Source: Thermodesulfobacteriota bacterium (lineage in GTDB: Bacteria > Desulfobacterota > WTBG01 > JAGOGO01). From it: DNA of 32,000 nt. The stretch covers positions 1-32,000 of the forward strand of contig CP113000.1 in assembly GCA_026625185.1 (NCBI GenBank). The letters run 5' to 3'. Position 1 is the first letter of the stretch, and each line of letters opens with the position of its first letter. The notes under the pieces were generated by a model. The model was not told where the DNA came from. It saw nothing but the letters and a program-made list of their open reading frames with translations, and did not search any database. The position numbers were made by a program, and so were the translations under genes. Below are positions 8,199 to 16,681 of this stretch, in pieces.

Positions 8199-9818
8199 GT
8201 GCTCACATTTTTAAAAAAAACAATAAACAAATTACGTTCCGCTTTCCTTCCTTCTACACCTGCATTGCCTCCTGCAATACGGAAAGAACGCGAAGCCACT
8301 GACGCCGGTGAAACAAAGTCAGTTGCCGCCGAATTGATAGTTAAGAAAAAACCATTGACCCGGACAAAACAGCCTACACCTTCAGCGCCCTCAAAAGACA
8401 AAAGTCGCCGAGGGCCGTCAACTGCTGGTCTTCATGAGGGATCCCGCACGTTGCCCGCCTTGAAAGAGATTCCTCCCGCGGAAGGAAAAACGCGATTTTC
8501 CGACCTTGATATTGCCAATGAAGTGCTCTGCGGGATCCAGGAGGTAGGATTTCAGTACTGCACACCTATCCAGGCGGAGTCTCTTCCTTATGCGCTCGCG
8601 GGCAAAGACGTAGCAGGAAAAGCTCAAACGGGAACCGGAAAGACCGCGGCGTTTCTCGCTTCCGCGTTCACTTATCTTATCCGAAATCCAAAACCTGAGC
8701 GCACGCCGGGATCTTGCCGGGTCTTGGTGCTTGCCCCCACCCGCGAACTGGCCATACAGATCAATGGCGATGCCGAAGCCCTTGGGAAATACTGCGGATT
8801 AACTCATCTCGCCGTTTATGGCGGCATGGGATTCGATGAACAGCGTAACGCCCTCCACCGACCGATCGATGTTCTGGTCGGCACCCCCGGGAGGATCCTC
8901 GACTACTGCACCCGTGGTGACTTGCATTTCTCTAAAACGGAAATACTGGTGATCGACGAGGCTGACCGGATGCTGGATATGGGATTCATGCCTGACGTTC
9001 GGCGTATAGTCAGAAGGCTCCCGCCTCCCGGAAAACGTCAGACCATGTTGTTCAGCGCCACCTTGTCTGATGAGATTGTGCGTCTTCAAGCGCACCTGCT
9101 CGCTCATCCCGTGCGGATTGAAACTGAGCCGGAAACAATGGTAACTGACCTCATTGAGCAAATATTTTATAGCGTATCCGCCAGCGACAAACTCGCCCTG
9201 CTTTTGTGGATCCTTAAGAATGGCGGAGTGGAGAGGATGCTGGTATTTTGTAATCGCAAAGACAGCGCCGAGAGATTGGCGCGGGCATTGCAGCGGCGCG
9301 CGATTCAAAGCGGGTTGCTTTCCGGCGATATTCCCCAGCAGAAACGCCTGAAGATTCTGGATAGCTTTCGCACCGGTAAAACTCCCGTTGTGGTTGCCAC
9401 TGACGTGGCTGCCCGCGGCATCCATGTGGACGCATTGAGTCATGTCGTCAATTATGATTTGCCGGATAATCCTGAGGACTATGTACACCGCATCGGTCGC
9501 ACGGGCAGAGCCGGTACGACCGGGAAGTCCATCGGCTTCGCGTGTGAGTTCGGCGCTTACCTGATACCGGAACTGGAGAAGTTTCTCGACAGCGAGATTG
9601 TGTGCATTAATCCTACCGAGGATATGTTGTCACTGCCGCCACTGCCTGCCCTGAGGGCCGCGAAGAGCAGAAAAAAGGTTGTCTCCCGTAATCAGCCGCA
9701 AAACCACCGCCGGGACGGAAGGACATGGAAAAAGAGAGCTCCGCATCCGCAAGGCGATACCAACGCTGGAAATGATGGGGCCGATTGCGCAGAACGCGCA
9801 CGTAGTCCTCTACCATAG
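8199..9818 (+). CDS. DEAD-box ATP-dependent RNA helicase (RhlB/RhlE-like) with a low-complexity N-terminal extension
   Basis: 539-aa ORF. Q motif FQYCTPIQ, motif I AQTGTGKTAAF, Ia PTRELA, II DEAD, III SAT, VI HRIGRTGRAG. Basic C-terminal tail. Confidence 0.9.
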   Translation: MLTFLKKTINKLRSAFLPSTPALPPAIRKEREATDAGETKSVAAELIVKKKPLTRTKQPTPSAPSKDKSRRGPSTAGLHEGSRTLPALKEIPPAEGKTRFSDLDIANEVLCGIQEVGFQYCTPIQAESLPYALAGKDVAGKAQTGTGKTAAFLASAFTYLIRNPKPERTPGSCRVLVLAPTRELAIQINGDAEALGKYCGLTHLAVYGGMGFDEQRNALHRPIDVLVGTPGRILDYCTRGDLHFSKTEILVIDEADRMLDMGFMPDVRRIVRRLPPPGKRQTMLFSATLSDEIVRLQAHLLAHPVRIETEPETMVTDLIEQIFYSVSASDKLALLLWILKNGGVERMLVFCNRKDSAERLARALQRRAIQSGLLSGDIPQQKRLKILDSFRTGKTPVVVATDVAARGIHVDALSHVVNYDLPDNPEDYVHRIGRTGRAGTTGKSIGFACEFGAYLIPELEKFLDSEIVCINPTEDMLSLPPLPALRAAKSRKKVVSRNQPQNHRRDGRTWKKRAPHPQGDTNAGNDGADCAERARSPLP

Positions 9819-9841
9819 AGTTGTTAATGGTTGTCTGAAAG

Positions 9842-11134
9842 TTAACGAGGGAAAGCCTCCCCTAAAATTTCCACCAGATGCTTTACTCGAATGCTGTTGC
9901 CTTCCTGAGAGAGTCCGTCCAAAAATTGCAGAAAACACCCCATGCAGGAAGTAACTACCGTATCCACCTTTTTCTCATTAATGGGTTTGATCCTCCGTCG
10001 AAAGATTTTTTTCGATAGATCATAGTGGCTCACATTAAAGCTCCCGCCGGAGCCACAGCACAGGTTCTCGGTGCCAGTCTCAATAAATTCAACTCCCGGC
10101 ACACTTTTTAACAACTTCCGGGGCCCGTCGAATATCCCCTGTTTTCTGCGTAGGTGACAAGGGTCATGGAAGGTCAGACGACGCTTAACCCCAAGTGTCC
10201 TTCCCGAAATCTTGGGTTTATATCCTGCCTCAACCAAAAATTCGGAAATATCCTTTACCCGCTGAGAAAATCGTTTCGCCCTCTCCTTCCATTCGTCTTC
10301 GTCAAAGAGGTCAGGATAATGCTTGAGATGAGCGCTGCAGGAAGAACACGGCGCGACAATAGGATGCGAACCGGTTTTTTCAAACGCCTCGATGTTCCTC
10401 TTGGCCAGCTCGACATTAATCTCATCCATCCCGGCGCCAAAGGCCATAAGACCACAACATCCCTGTTTGCGGGGAATCTGAACCGAAAGGTTCATTTGGT
10501 TAATGATTTCAACCGCGGCTTCCGTAATGTTAGGAAAAAGATAGTTGCCGACACAGCCCACAAAAAGAGCAACATCGGGTTTCGCGGAGGACTTTTTCAA
10601 GGAGTATTTTGTTAAACAAGGTTCCTTCGCAAGATCAGGAATAACACGATTTTTCCCCCACGACGATAAGGGAAACCGAAGATGAAGCCCGCTCTCCGCA
10701 GGTATTTTCTTTAAAAAAAAGGGCTGCAATAATTTCCCCGCCTTATGGAGTTTATCCATCCTTTTAGGCGAGGTAAGGATATGCTGGAGCATAAGTTTCA
10801 GCGGAAGCGCGGGATATTTTTTGGAGAACAAAACCCCGCGCGCTTTCTGGATTATCTTATCCCCTTCCACTAAGTTAGGGCAATTTTCCGTGCAGGCGCC
10901 GCAAAGCAGGCAGAGGGAGATAATCTCTTTAAGCTTTTTAGAAGAACGCTTTAACTCTTTGTCCTCCTGCGATTCGATCAGGGAAAGCTTTCCCCGGGCT
11001 ACCCCCTGCTCTCTGCCGGTCTCCCTATAAACCGGACACACGCTTAAACAACGCCCGCATTTCACACAGCGGGAAGCATCAACAAGGAGTTGTTCAATTG
11101 CTTCCGGTGGAGATGTTTTTGCGTTAACCTGCAT
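9842..11134 (-). CDS. (Fe-S)-binding oxidoreductase subunit, GlcF/HdrD-like (two 4Fe-4S motifs plus two CCG domains)
   Basis: 430-aa ORF. CVKCGRCLSVCP and CLLCGACTENCP ferredoxin motifs, then CCG motifs GCCGLMAFG and CCGSGGSFN. Confidence 0.88.
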   Translation of the reverse strand: MQVNAKTSPPEAIEQLLVDASRCVKCGRCLSVCPVYRETGREQGVARGKLSLIESQEDKELKRSSKKLKEIISLCLLCGACTENCPNLVEGDKIIQKARGVLFSKKYPALPLKLMLQHILTSPKRMDKLHKAGKLLQPFFLKKIPAESGLHLRFPLSSWGKNRVIPDLAKEPCLTKYSLKKSSAKPDVALFVGCVGNYLFPNITEAAVEIINQMNLSVQIPRKQGCCGLMAFGAGMDEINVELAKRNIEAFEKTGSHPIVAPCSSCSAHLKHYPDLFDEDEWKERAKRFSQRVKDISEFLVEAGYKPKISGRTLGVKRRLTFHDPCHLRRKQGIFDGPRKLLKSVPGVEFIETGTENLCCGSGGSFNVSHYDLSKKIFRRRIKPINEKKVDTVVTSCMGCFLQFLDGLSQEGNSIRVKHLVEILGEAFPR

Positions 11135-11409
11135 CGTAACATTTCTCTCAGTAATATATATTTTGTTTGGGTAAAAATAACTTAGCAGAACCAGTACCTG
11201 TTTTCAACCCAATACCAAAAAACAGACCGATTTGAAAAATCAACCTGCCGAGAAAGCAATATTTTTCCTCAAATAATTAGAAAAGTAGAGCTAAATAATT
11301 CTTGACAACTTTATTTTTAAAAGTAACTTTTTTAGAAAGAAAAAAACTCGTTCACTACCTGGTCCCAATCATTTGGCTGAGTAAGAGGTAAGAATGGTTT
11401 AGACCTTGT

Positions 11410-11703
11410 TTAAATTGTACTGGTGAGGCTGAGAAAATCTATGCGATAGATATAATTCACGTTTGTCGCTAAGAATGAAGTCACCAATTGAATAAAGTCA
11501 ATAGGTGAAAAAGAATAGGATGTTAGATGGGTTTCCCTTATAATCCGTCCTGGAGGAAGACACATCATCTCGGCTATGGATAGTTTCGATGGTTCTTCCT
11601 CCGGTGGCAGAATATTTAATTCCTTAACACGGCCTTCCATTCCTGGGAGTGTAGTTGCCTCTCCCGATCCCGTTGAGCCAACTCGTTTTCCGTCCCCTTT
11701 CAT
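11410..11703 (-). CDS. Hypothetical small ORF (97 aa), possibly the downstream half of a frameshifted gene
   Basis: ORF only, with no recognisable motif. It overlaps the upstream small ORF by 80 nt in another frame and lies in AT-rich sequence. Confidence 0.25.
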   Translation of the reverse strand: MKGDGKRVGSTGSGEATTLPGMEGRVKELNILPPEEEPSKLSIAEMMCLPPGRIIRETHLTSYSFSPIDFIQLVTSFLATNVNYIYRIDFLSLTSTI

Positions 11704-11815
11704 GGAGAAATTCGTCCAGGTGTAATTGCCGTTTCTTTAATTCCGCCATCATTTTTATACGTTTCTCCCTCCAGGACTTTTCTGCTATTTTTTCTTCCAC
11801 TTTCTTATATGACAT
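11624..11815 (-). CDS. Hypothetical small Lys/Glu-rich protein (63 aa from MSYKK)
   Basis: Strong SD GGAGGTGG, with its GGAGG core 8 nt upstream of the ATG at 11815. The N-terminal 40 aa look like a charged helix (KKVEEKIAEKSWREKRIKMMAELKKRQLHLDEFL). No family recognised. Confidence 0.35.
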   Translation of the reverse strand: MSYKKVEEKIAEKSWREKRIKMMAELKKRQLHLDEFLHERGRKTSWLNGIGRGNYTPRNGRPC

Positions 11816-11828
11816 TTTTACCACCTCC

Positions 11829-12164
11829 CTATTTTTTATTATTACCATTAAAAGCAATAAATGTCAATAGGGCAACCCACCACCTTTCTTCCAACCAGGC
11901 TACCGGGCCTTCGGACGGACTTTCCTGAAGCAGTGAATCCAAAAAAGCGCGGTCAGAACACGCCAGCTGCCCGCCATTTGGAAGGGTGATAAAACGGTCG
12001 GCCGACCCAATGCGCGGAGACACCTTCAGGCGAAAGGCTGCCCAGCTCTCAGTGACAAGCCCGGCAGTCAGTACCGCCTCCTGGTCCAGAAAATCAATAT
12101 TTGGTCTGCCGGTGAGCTTGGTAATAGGGCATAGCTTCGGGAATATAATTTTTGATATCTGCAA
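11829..12164 (-). pseudogene. Gene remnant: fragment resembling the N-terminal module of a DUF7092-type M48 peptidase
   Basis: 111-aa ORF overlapping the last 71 nt of the M48 gene in another frame. It has no SD and no plausible start after the M48 stop. The segment VSPRIGSADRFITLPNGGQLACSDRAFLDSLL...WLEERWWVALL matches, from memory, a soluble module followed by the onset of a TM helix. The frame ends where GC-rich sequence changes to AT-rich sequence. Confidence 0.35.
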
Positions 12165-12951
12165 TCCTGGATTCAGGAGCCGGGTGAGTGGATAAAAATT
12201 CCGGTGGCCGTGATCCCTTCCCCTGTTGATTCATTCTCACCCACAAATCAACAGCCTTTTCAGGGTTATATCCGGCGCGAGCCATCAACATCAAGCCAAT
12301 CCGGTCGGCTTCGGACTCCTGGAGGCGGCTGTAGGGAAGCAAAAACCCAAGGGCCGCGCCTGCTCCATAGGCTTGCATAAAAAGCGCGCTGGTGGTACCA
12401 GGGTTCGTTTTCAGAGCAGTGGAGAGCGCCGCCCCTCCCAATTCCGCTACCAGGGACTGACTCATCCGTTCACTGCCGTGACCGGCGATAGCATGAGCAA
12501 TTTCGTGAGAAAGAACTACCGCCATTCCGGTCTCATCACGGGTGATGGGAAAAATACCGGTATAGACCGCGACCTTCCCGCCCGGCATACACCAAGCATT
12601 TACGGTTTTATCGTCATTGATGACATTAAACTCCCATTGGTAATCTTTCACCGATGCTCCCCGGCCTGATTCTCGCAGAAAGGTCTCTGCCGACCGGGCA
12701 ATCCTGTTGCCGGCGTTTCTTACCATAGAAACTTTCCCTGGATCACGTGAAACCTGAGATTTTTTCAGCACCTCTGAATACTGTTGGAGGCTGAGGGGAA
12801 GAAGGTCTGATTCAGGTATGAGGCTTAAACGCTGCCTTCCGGTAATCGGTACGGTTTCACAGGAAAGCAGAAAAACCAAAAGGCAACACAAAATGATCAC
12901 GCTTGTACACGGGACGGCAAAAAAACCCGGCCATTTTTTCAGTTTTTTCAT
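12094..12951 (-). CDS. M48 family zinc metallopeptidase lipoprotein (LoiP/YcaL-like)
   Basis: HEIAHAIAGH (HExxH) and the downstream ESEADRIG. Start set at MKKLKK (ATG 12951) because of SD GAGGAG 7 nt upstream. Signal peptide with lipobox-like LLSC. Confidence 0.88.
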   Translation of the reverse strand: MKKLKKWPGFFAVPCTSVIILCCLLVFLLSCETVPITGRQRLSLIPESDLLPLSLQQYSEVLKKSQVSRDPGKVSMVRNAGNRIARSAETFLRESGRGASVKDYQWEFNVINDDKTVNAWCMPGGKVAVYTGIFPITRDETGMAVVLSHEIAHAIAGHGSERMSQSLVAELGGAALSTALKTNPGTTSALFMQAYGAGAALGFLLPYSRLQESEADRIGLMLMARAGYNPEKAVDLWVRMNQQGKGSRPPEFLSTHPAPESRIADIKNYIPEAMPYYQAHRQTKY

Positions 12952-13222
12952 GCGATATCTCCTCAATGTTTCGAGCATGGCAAGATAAGCGCTGCTCATT
13001 ACAATGGTTTTTTTAAGCTATTGTTTATATTTTTATAATATACCTAAGTTGTTAATTTTTGTCTATGGGTGCGGTTGCAAAAAACATTGTTTAAAAAAAA
13101 TCAACTCAGAATAAACATGAAATTTCAGAATGTTAAGCGGTCGTTTATGAAAAACGTTGATAATTTTTTCTAGGGAATAAAATCACGTTGAGTCTTGCGC
13201 CCCCTCTTGCGTTAAAAGCTTC

Positions 13223-14056
13223 TTATGGCCAGAGCGACAACGGCACTGCTTTGTAACCGCTGGGAATTCTCATCAGTTCCGGAGATACAACGGATGTGTT
13301 AACGCGGTTCATGGTCATAGTATGGTTATCCTTAGACGACAAGTATCGAAACTCAACCGGGATTCCCTTCACTTCACCAGATGTGATAGTCGGAAGGGCG
13401 AGGCCGAGTTGGCAGGCCAGTGCTTGGCATTTCGGAACGAGCTGTTCATAAAAACCAAAAAGCGCGCGCACAGTGGCAGCGTCTTTGTCCGAAATTTTCA
13501 TGGCCGCCTCATCAGCCAGACAGACTTCGGCCACCAGCTTTGCTCCCTGCATGACCCGCACCACCCGGCAACGGAACCCCGCCACCTCTTTCTCACCGGC
13601 CGGCACCAATCGTGTTGGCGCCGGAGCCTCCGCTGCCTTGGCAATCGTGTCAAGAAAAACACTGTCACCCAAAAGCGCCTGCAAATTTTGACGCTGCTCA
13701 GGAGCAAGCTTCGCGATCTCCTCACCCACACCTTGCATGAGAGGCTGCACATTCTGCGCTTGCTGGTTGATGCGGTCAACCTGCTGTTCATCCACGGTCA
13801 TCACGGTGCCCTTGCGATGATCAATAATCACCACATTCTCCCCAGCATGGCGATACAAAAGATCGAGATTCTTATCACCACCCACCGCCTTGACCATGAT
13901 CCGGTCATTCTTTACGGAAATATTCTGGGTTGTCCCTGCAGGAACATTCATTCCCTTAACCGTATATTCCAGGACGACATCCGCGTTGACGATTGTCGGA
14001 AGCGCCATGAGAGTGCAGATAGTTAGACAAAACGCAATGCGTTTAATTTTATTCAT
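13223..14056 (-). CDS. Secreted protein, DUF4412-like
   Basis: Start set at MNKIKR (ATG 14056) with SD GGAGA 9 nt upstream. Signal peptide ...LMALPTIVNA/DV. The C-terminal ...RIPSGYKAVP is typical of DUF4412 ends. The family call is from memory. Confidence 0.7.
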   Translation of the reverse strand: MNKIKRIAFCLTICTLMALPTIVNADVVLEYTVKGMNVPAGTTQNISVKNDRIMVKAVGGDKNLDLLYRHAGENVVIIDHRKGTVMTVDEQQVDRINQQAQNVQPLMQGVGEEIAKLAPEQRQNLQALLGDSVFLDTIAKAAEAPAPTRLVPAGEKEVAGFRCRVVRVMQGAKLVAEVCLADEAAMKISDKDAATVRALFGFYEQLVPKCQALACQLGLALPTITSGEVKGIPVEFRYLSSKDNHTMTMNRVNTSVVSPELMRIPSGYKAVPLSLWP

Positions 14057-14177
14057 CAAAAAATATCTCCATTGTTTTTTGCGGTAAAAGCCATATCGAG
14101 AGGGACTAAATGTCGCAAAAAGAAATTGACCCATCAGAATATCTTCCCCACCCCTGCCAAATGGCAGGCGAGATCAG

Positions 14178-15077
14178 TCAATTTTTGATCCATTTTTTGC
14201 GCTCCGAGGGAGTGTCTTTTACCCTCCAACCAAGTTTTTCCACAAGCTCTATTTCTGATTCAAGCAGCTGATCTAAAGGCATACCCGTCTCTTTAGACGC
14301 TTTACTCAGTTTTCTTATTTTGTAGTCTTTATATCCCCATCGAAGCATTAGCGCTTTGTAAATGTTCTCGGAAATATCTTTCGGCTTCTTTCCTCCAAAT
14401 ATTGACTCAAGGTCGATAGTTACTTGTGCAGCCTCTTTTTCAAAGTCGCCCTTCTTGCCCGAGTTAAACTCGTTGGCAATGTCATCAGCACTTGGGAGTC
14501 TCTTGTTATTTTGGAAAAAATAATGCCGAAAGCCAGCCAAAAATAGCAAGAATTCGAGAATACTGATATCAACTGGCTCATTCAGATGTTCACCCAAACG
14601 AGCAATAAGATATTTTTCCTCTAATTTGTCAGACTTCTTCCGATTGCACGTTCCACATAGTAGCTGGATGTTACTCTCTTCGGTGGAGCCACCTTTTGAC
14701 CATGGGATAATATGGTCGAAGTGAATGTCATCGTCGGCAACCGGCTTTCCACAAGACCTGCAGACCTGATTTTCTCTTTTTAAGACCCTGAACTGGATCG
14801 GCCGGGGAATGTGACGACTTATATTTCCCAATTCTTTCGTTTCCGTCAGCGGTTCAGCAACTAAAAAAACGGGGCACTCGTGTCCAAAAATTCTACAGGC
14901 CCGATGCGTCTCTGCTTCTGGTAGTGGAAACTCCTCAATCAAAAGGCCATAGGGACAGTATTTCAGTTCCCAGCACGGCTTGCAGACGGCTTTAACGCGC
15001 CGATGCCAATCAATCTTTGCTGCCCACTTTTTTATAGAGGGTTTCAACATCTTCTTCATGCTATATTTTCTAATCAT
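14178..15077 (-). CDS. HNH endonuclease with an N-terminal Cys-rich module and an uncharacterised C-terminal helical domain
   Basis: 299-aa ORF. HNH core CRSCGKPV...HFDHIIPWSKGGSTEESNIQLLCGTCNRKKSD. N-terminal CKPCWELKYCPYG...HRACRIFGHECPVF. No obvious SD. Lower GC than its neighbours in hand-counted lines. Confidence 0.8.
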   Translation of the reverse strand: MIRKYSMKKMLKPSIKKWAAKIDWHRRVKAVCKPCWELKYCPYGLLIEEFPLPEAETHRACRIFGHECPVFLVAEPLTETKELGNISRHIPRPIQFRVLKRENQVCRSCGKPVADDDIHFDHIIPWSKGGSTEESNIQLLCGTCNRKKSDKLEEKYLIARLGEHLNEPVDISILEFLLFLAGFRHYFFQNNKRLPSADDIANEFNSGKKGDFEKEAAQVTIDLESIFGGKKPKDISENIYKALMLRWGYKDYKIRKLSKASKETGMPLDQLLESEIELVEKLGWRVKDTPSERKKWIKN

Positions 15078-15139
15078 ACCACAAAACGTAATTCGGAAAG
15101 ACTTCGTGGTAGTTTTTTATTCGAGAGTAACTTAGTCAG

Positions 15140-15160
15140 GTAGGGTGCGCACTGCGCACC
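15140..15160 (+). repeat. REP hairpin with a 5' GTAG (left flank of the RAYT remnant)
   Basis: GTAGGGTGCGCACTGCGCACC. Stem GGTGCGC/GCGCACC with a 3-nt loop, preceded by GTAG. Confidence 0.75.
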
Positions 15161-15170
15161 AATAATACTC

Positions 15171-15416
15171 TCATTCTCCAAACTCGTTATCATCACACCA
15201 CTCCTGGCTTCCGCCCCAGTCGGCTGAATAAATCCTCTTTTCAACATACCGGTGAAAAGTCGAGTACGGCCATTCCTCTGCCCGCCACACCACACTAACC
15301 GCCTCTCCTAATGCTTTTCGTATAAATTTATCAACCAGCACCGGTTGCTGATGCCAGGTGGTAACTGTGAAGAAGTATGTTGCACCCGGCACGAATGCGC
15401 GCCTATAATCAGGCAT
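15171..15416 (-). pseudogene. Internally deleted REP-associated tyrosine transposase (RAYT, IS200/IS605 TnpA-like)
   Basis: 81-aa ORF. The N-terminus MPDYRRAFVPGATYFFTVTT and the C-terminus WPYSTFHRYVEKRIYSADWGG match RAYT ends. The central part, which normally carries the HUH motif and the catalytic Tyr helix, is absent. Confidence 0.7.
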
Positions 15417-15472
15417 GGCAGATCCCCAATTTTATCATCAACCCCTCAATGTTCGGTAACATCCACTTAAAT

Positions 15473-15493
15473 GTTGCGCCGTGCGCACCCTAC
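15473..15493 (-). repeat. REP hairpin with a 5' GTAG (right flank, inverted orientation)
   Basis: The minus strand reads GTAGGGTGCGCACGGCGCAAC. It is the same element as 15140-15160 with two substitutions, in inverted orientation. Confidence 0.75.
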
Positions 15494-15514
15494 AAGACTA
15501 TTAAAAACACCCCG

Positions 15515-16681
15515 TCACTTCGTAACACTCCCCTCAAGAGGGGAATCAGGCGTTTTTTCTTGAGCAATTGCATCTGAAGTTTTATCACCTTTTTCGCTGC
15601 TTACCTTTTCACCCTCCGCAACCCATGCCTTGAGGAGGGTATGAATGACCGCCAGCACTATCGGACCGATAAAGATGCCTATGATACCAAAGGCAAAAAG
15701 ACCACCGATCACACCGGCAAAGATCAGAACCAAGGGCAAAGCCGCCCCTTTTCTGATAAGGATAGGACGGAGAACGTTATCGGTGGAGATGGCTAAGAGC
15801 GAAAAAACAAGCAGGATGCTTCCCCACAGCGGCCCGTCATGCCAGTAGAGCCAGACAACCGCAGGGATTAGTACAAAGGTCGGGCCTATCTGCGCCAGGC
15901 AGAAAATAAACAACACCCCCGTCAGTACTGCTACCGCAGGCACGCCGGTAACTGCCATACCTATGCATCCGAAAGCCGTCTGCACAATCGCCGTGACCAC
16001 AATACCCAGTGCAACACTACGGATCGCCTTGGCCGCGAGAAGGATGACATCCTCTATTTGTTCCCCGGCCAGGCGGCGGAAAAAACTGAGGATGCCTGCT
16101 GATGCTGTCTCGCCCTTGGCGTACAGGATGGCAGCAATGATAACCGTCATCAGGAACTGGAGAAACACCACCCCGGCACTGCCCAGCTGTGCCACCAACC
16201 AGGTCACGCCCTGCTGAGCGTAGGGAATCAGACGCGTGAATAGTTCTTCCAATCTAAGGGAAGTAAATCCATGCCAGTACTCGGCAAGCTTCGGCCCCGC
16301 AAAAGGAATGCTTTTGAGCCATGCCGGAGGCGGCGGCACAGTAAAGGTCTCCAAGGACTTCACCCAGGCGACAATATCGTCGGCGTTGGCGATGATGGCA
16401 GCAATGGCAAGCGAAAAGGGAACAACAATAATCAAGAGGAGTAAGACCGTCATCACTGCCACGGCAAATCCCCGCTTATTGCCGAGCTTCGACTGAAGCG
16501 CCAGTAGGGCCGGCCACGTTGTCACCACAATTATGGCCGCCCAGATAAACGCGACCAGGAAGGGGCGGAGTATTAATACTCCAGCGGCGATAAGCATTCC
16601 GATAAAAAGAACCTGCAGGGTTAAACGCGTAACATCCTGAGACACCGGACTTCTGTTGTTCATCGCTCCTTTACCCTCCAT
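15515..16681 (-). CDS. AI-2E family transporter (PerM/YdiK-like permease)
   Basis: 388-aa polytopic membrane ORF with the characteristic N-terminal region (LRPFLVAFIWAAIIVVTTWP) and a C-terminal helix bundle. Confidence 0.9.
   Translation of the reverse strand: MEGKGAMNNRSPVSQDVTRLTLQVLFIGMLIAAGVLILRPFLVAFIWAAIIVVTTWPALLALQSKLGNKRGFAVAVMTVLLLLIIVVPFSLAIAAIIANADDIVAWVKSLETFTVPPPPAWLKSIPFAGPKLAEYWHGFTSLRLEELFTRLIPYAQQGVTWLVAQLGSAGVVFLQFLMTVIIAAILYAKGETASAGILSFFRRLAGEQIEDVILLAAKAIRSVALGIVVTAIVQTAFGCIGMAVTGVPAVAVLTGVLFIFCLAQIGPTFVLIPAVVWLYWHDGPLWGSILLVFSLLAISTDNVLRPILIRKGAALPLVLIFAGVIGGLFAFGIIGIFIGPIVLAVIHTLLKAWVAEGEKVSSEKGDKTSDAIAQEKTPDSPLEGSVTK

Noticed and set aside
8799-9488. 229-aa ORF antisense to the DEAD-box helicase
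   Set aside because: It lies entirely inside a gene with all the helicase motifs. Its Arg/Gly/His-rich composition is typical of the stop-poor antisense frame of GC-rich coding DNA. It has no SD and no motifs.
10154-10615. 153-aa ORF antisense to the GlcF-like gene
   Set aside because: It has no motifs and lies inside a well-supported Fe-S/CCG gene.
13322-14026. 234-aa ORF antisense to the DUF4412-like gene
   Set aside because: Its Arg/His/Leu-rich low-information sequence is typical of an antisense frame. The opposite-strand ORF has an SD, a signal peptide and a family-typical C-terminus.
15074-15295. 73-aa ORF overlapping the RAYT remnant and the left REP
   Set aside because: It is an alternative frame of the decayed transposase region that reads through the REP hairpin. 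It has no SD or motif.
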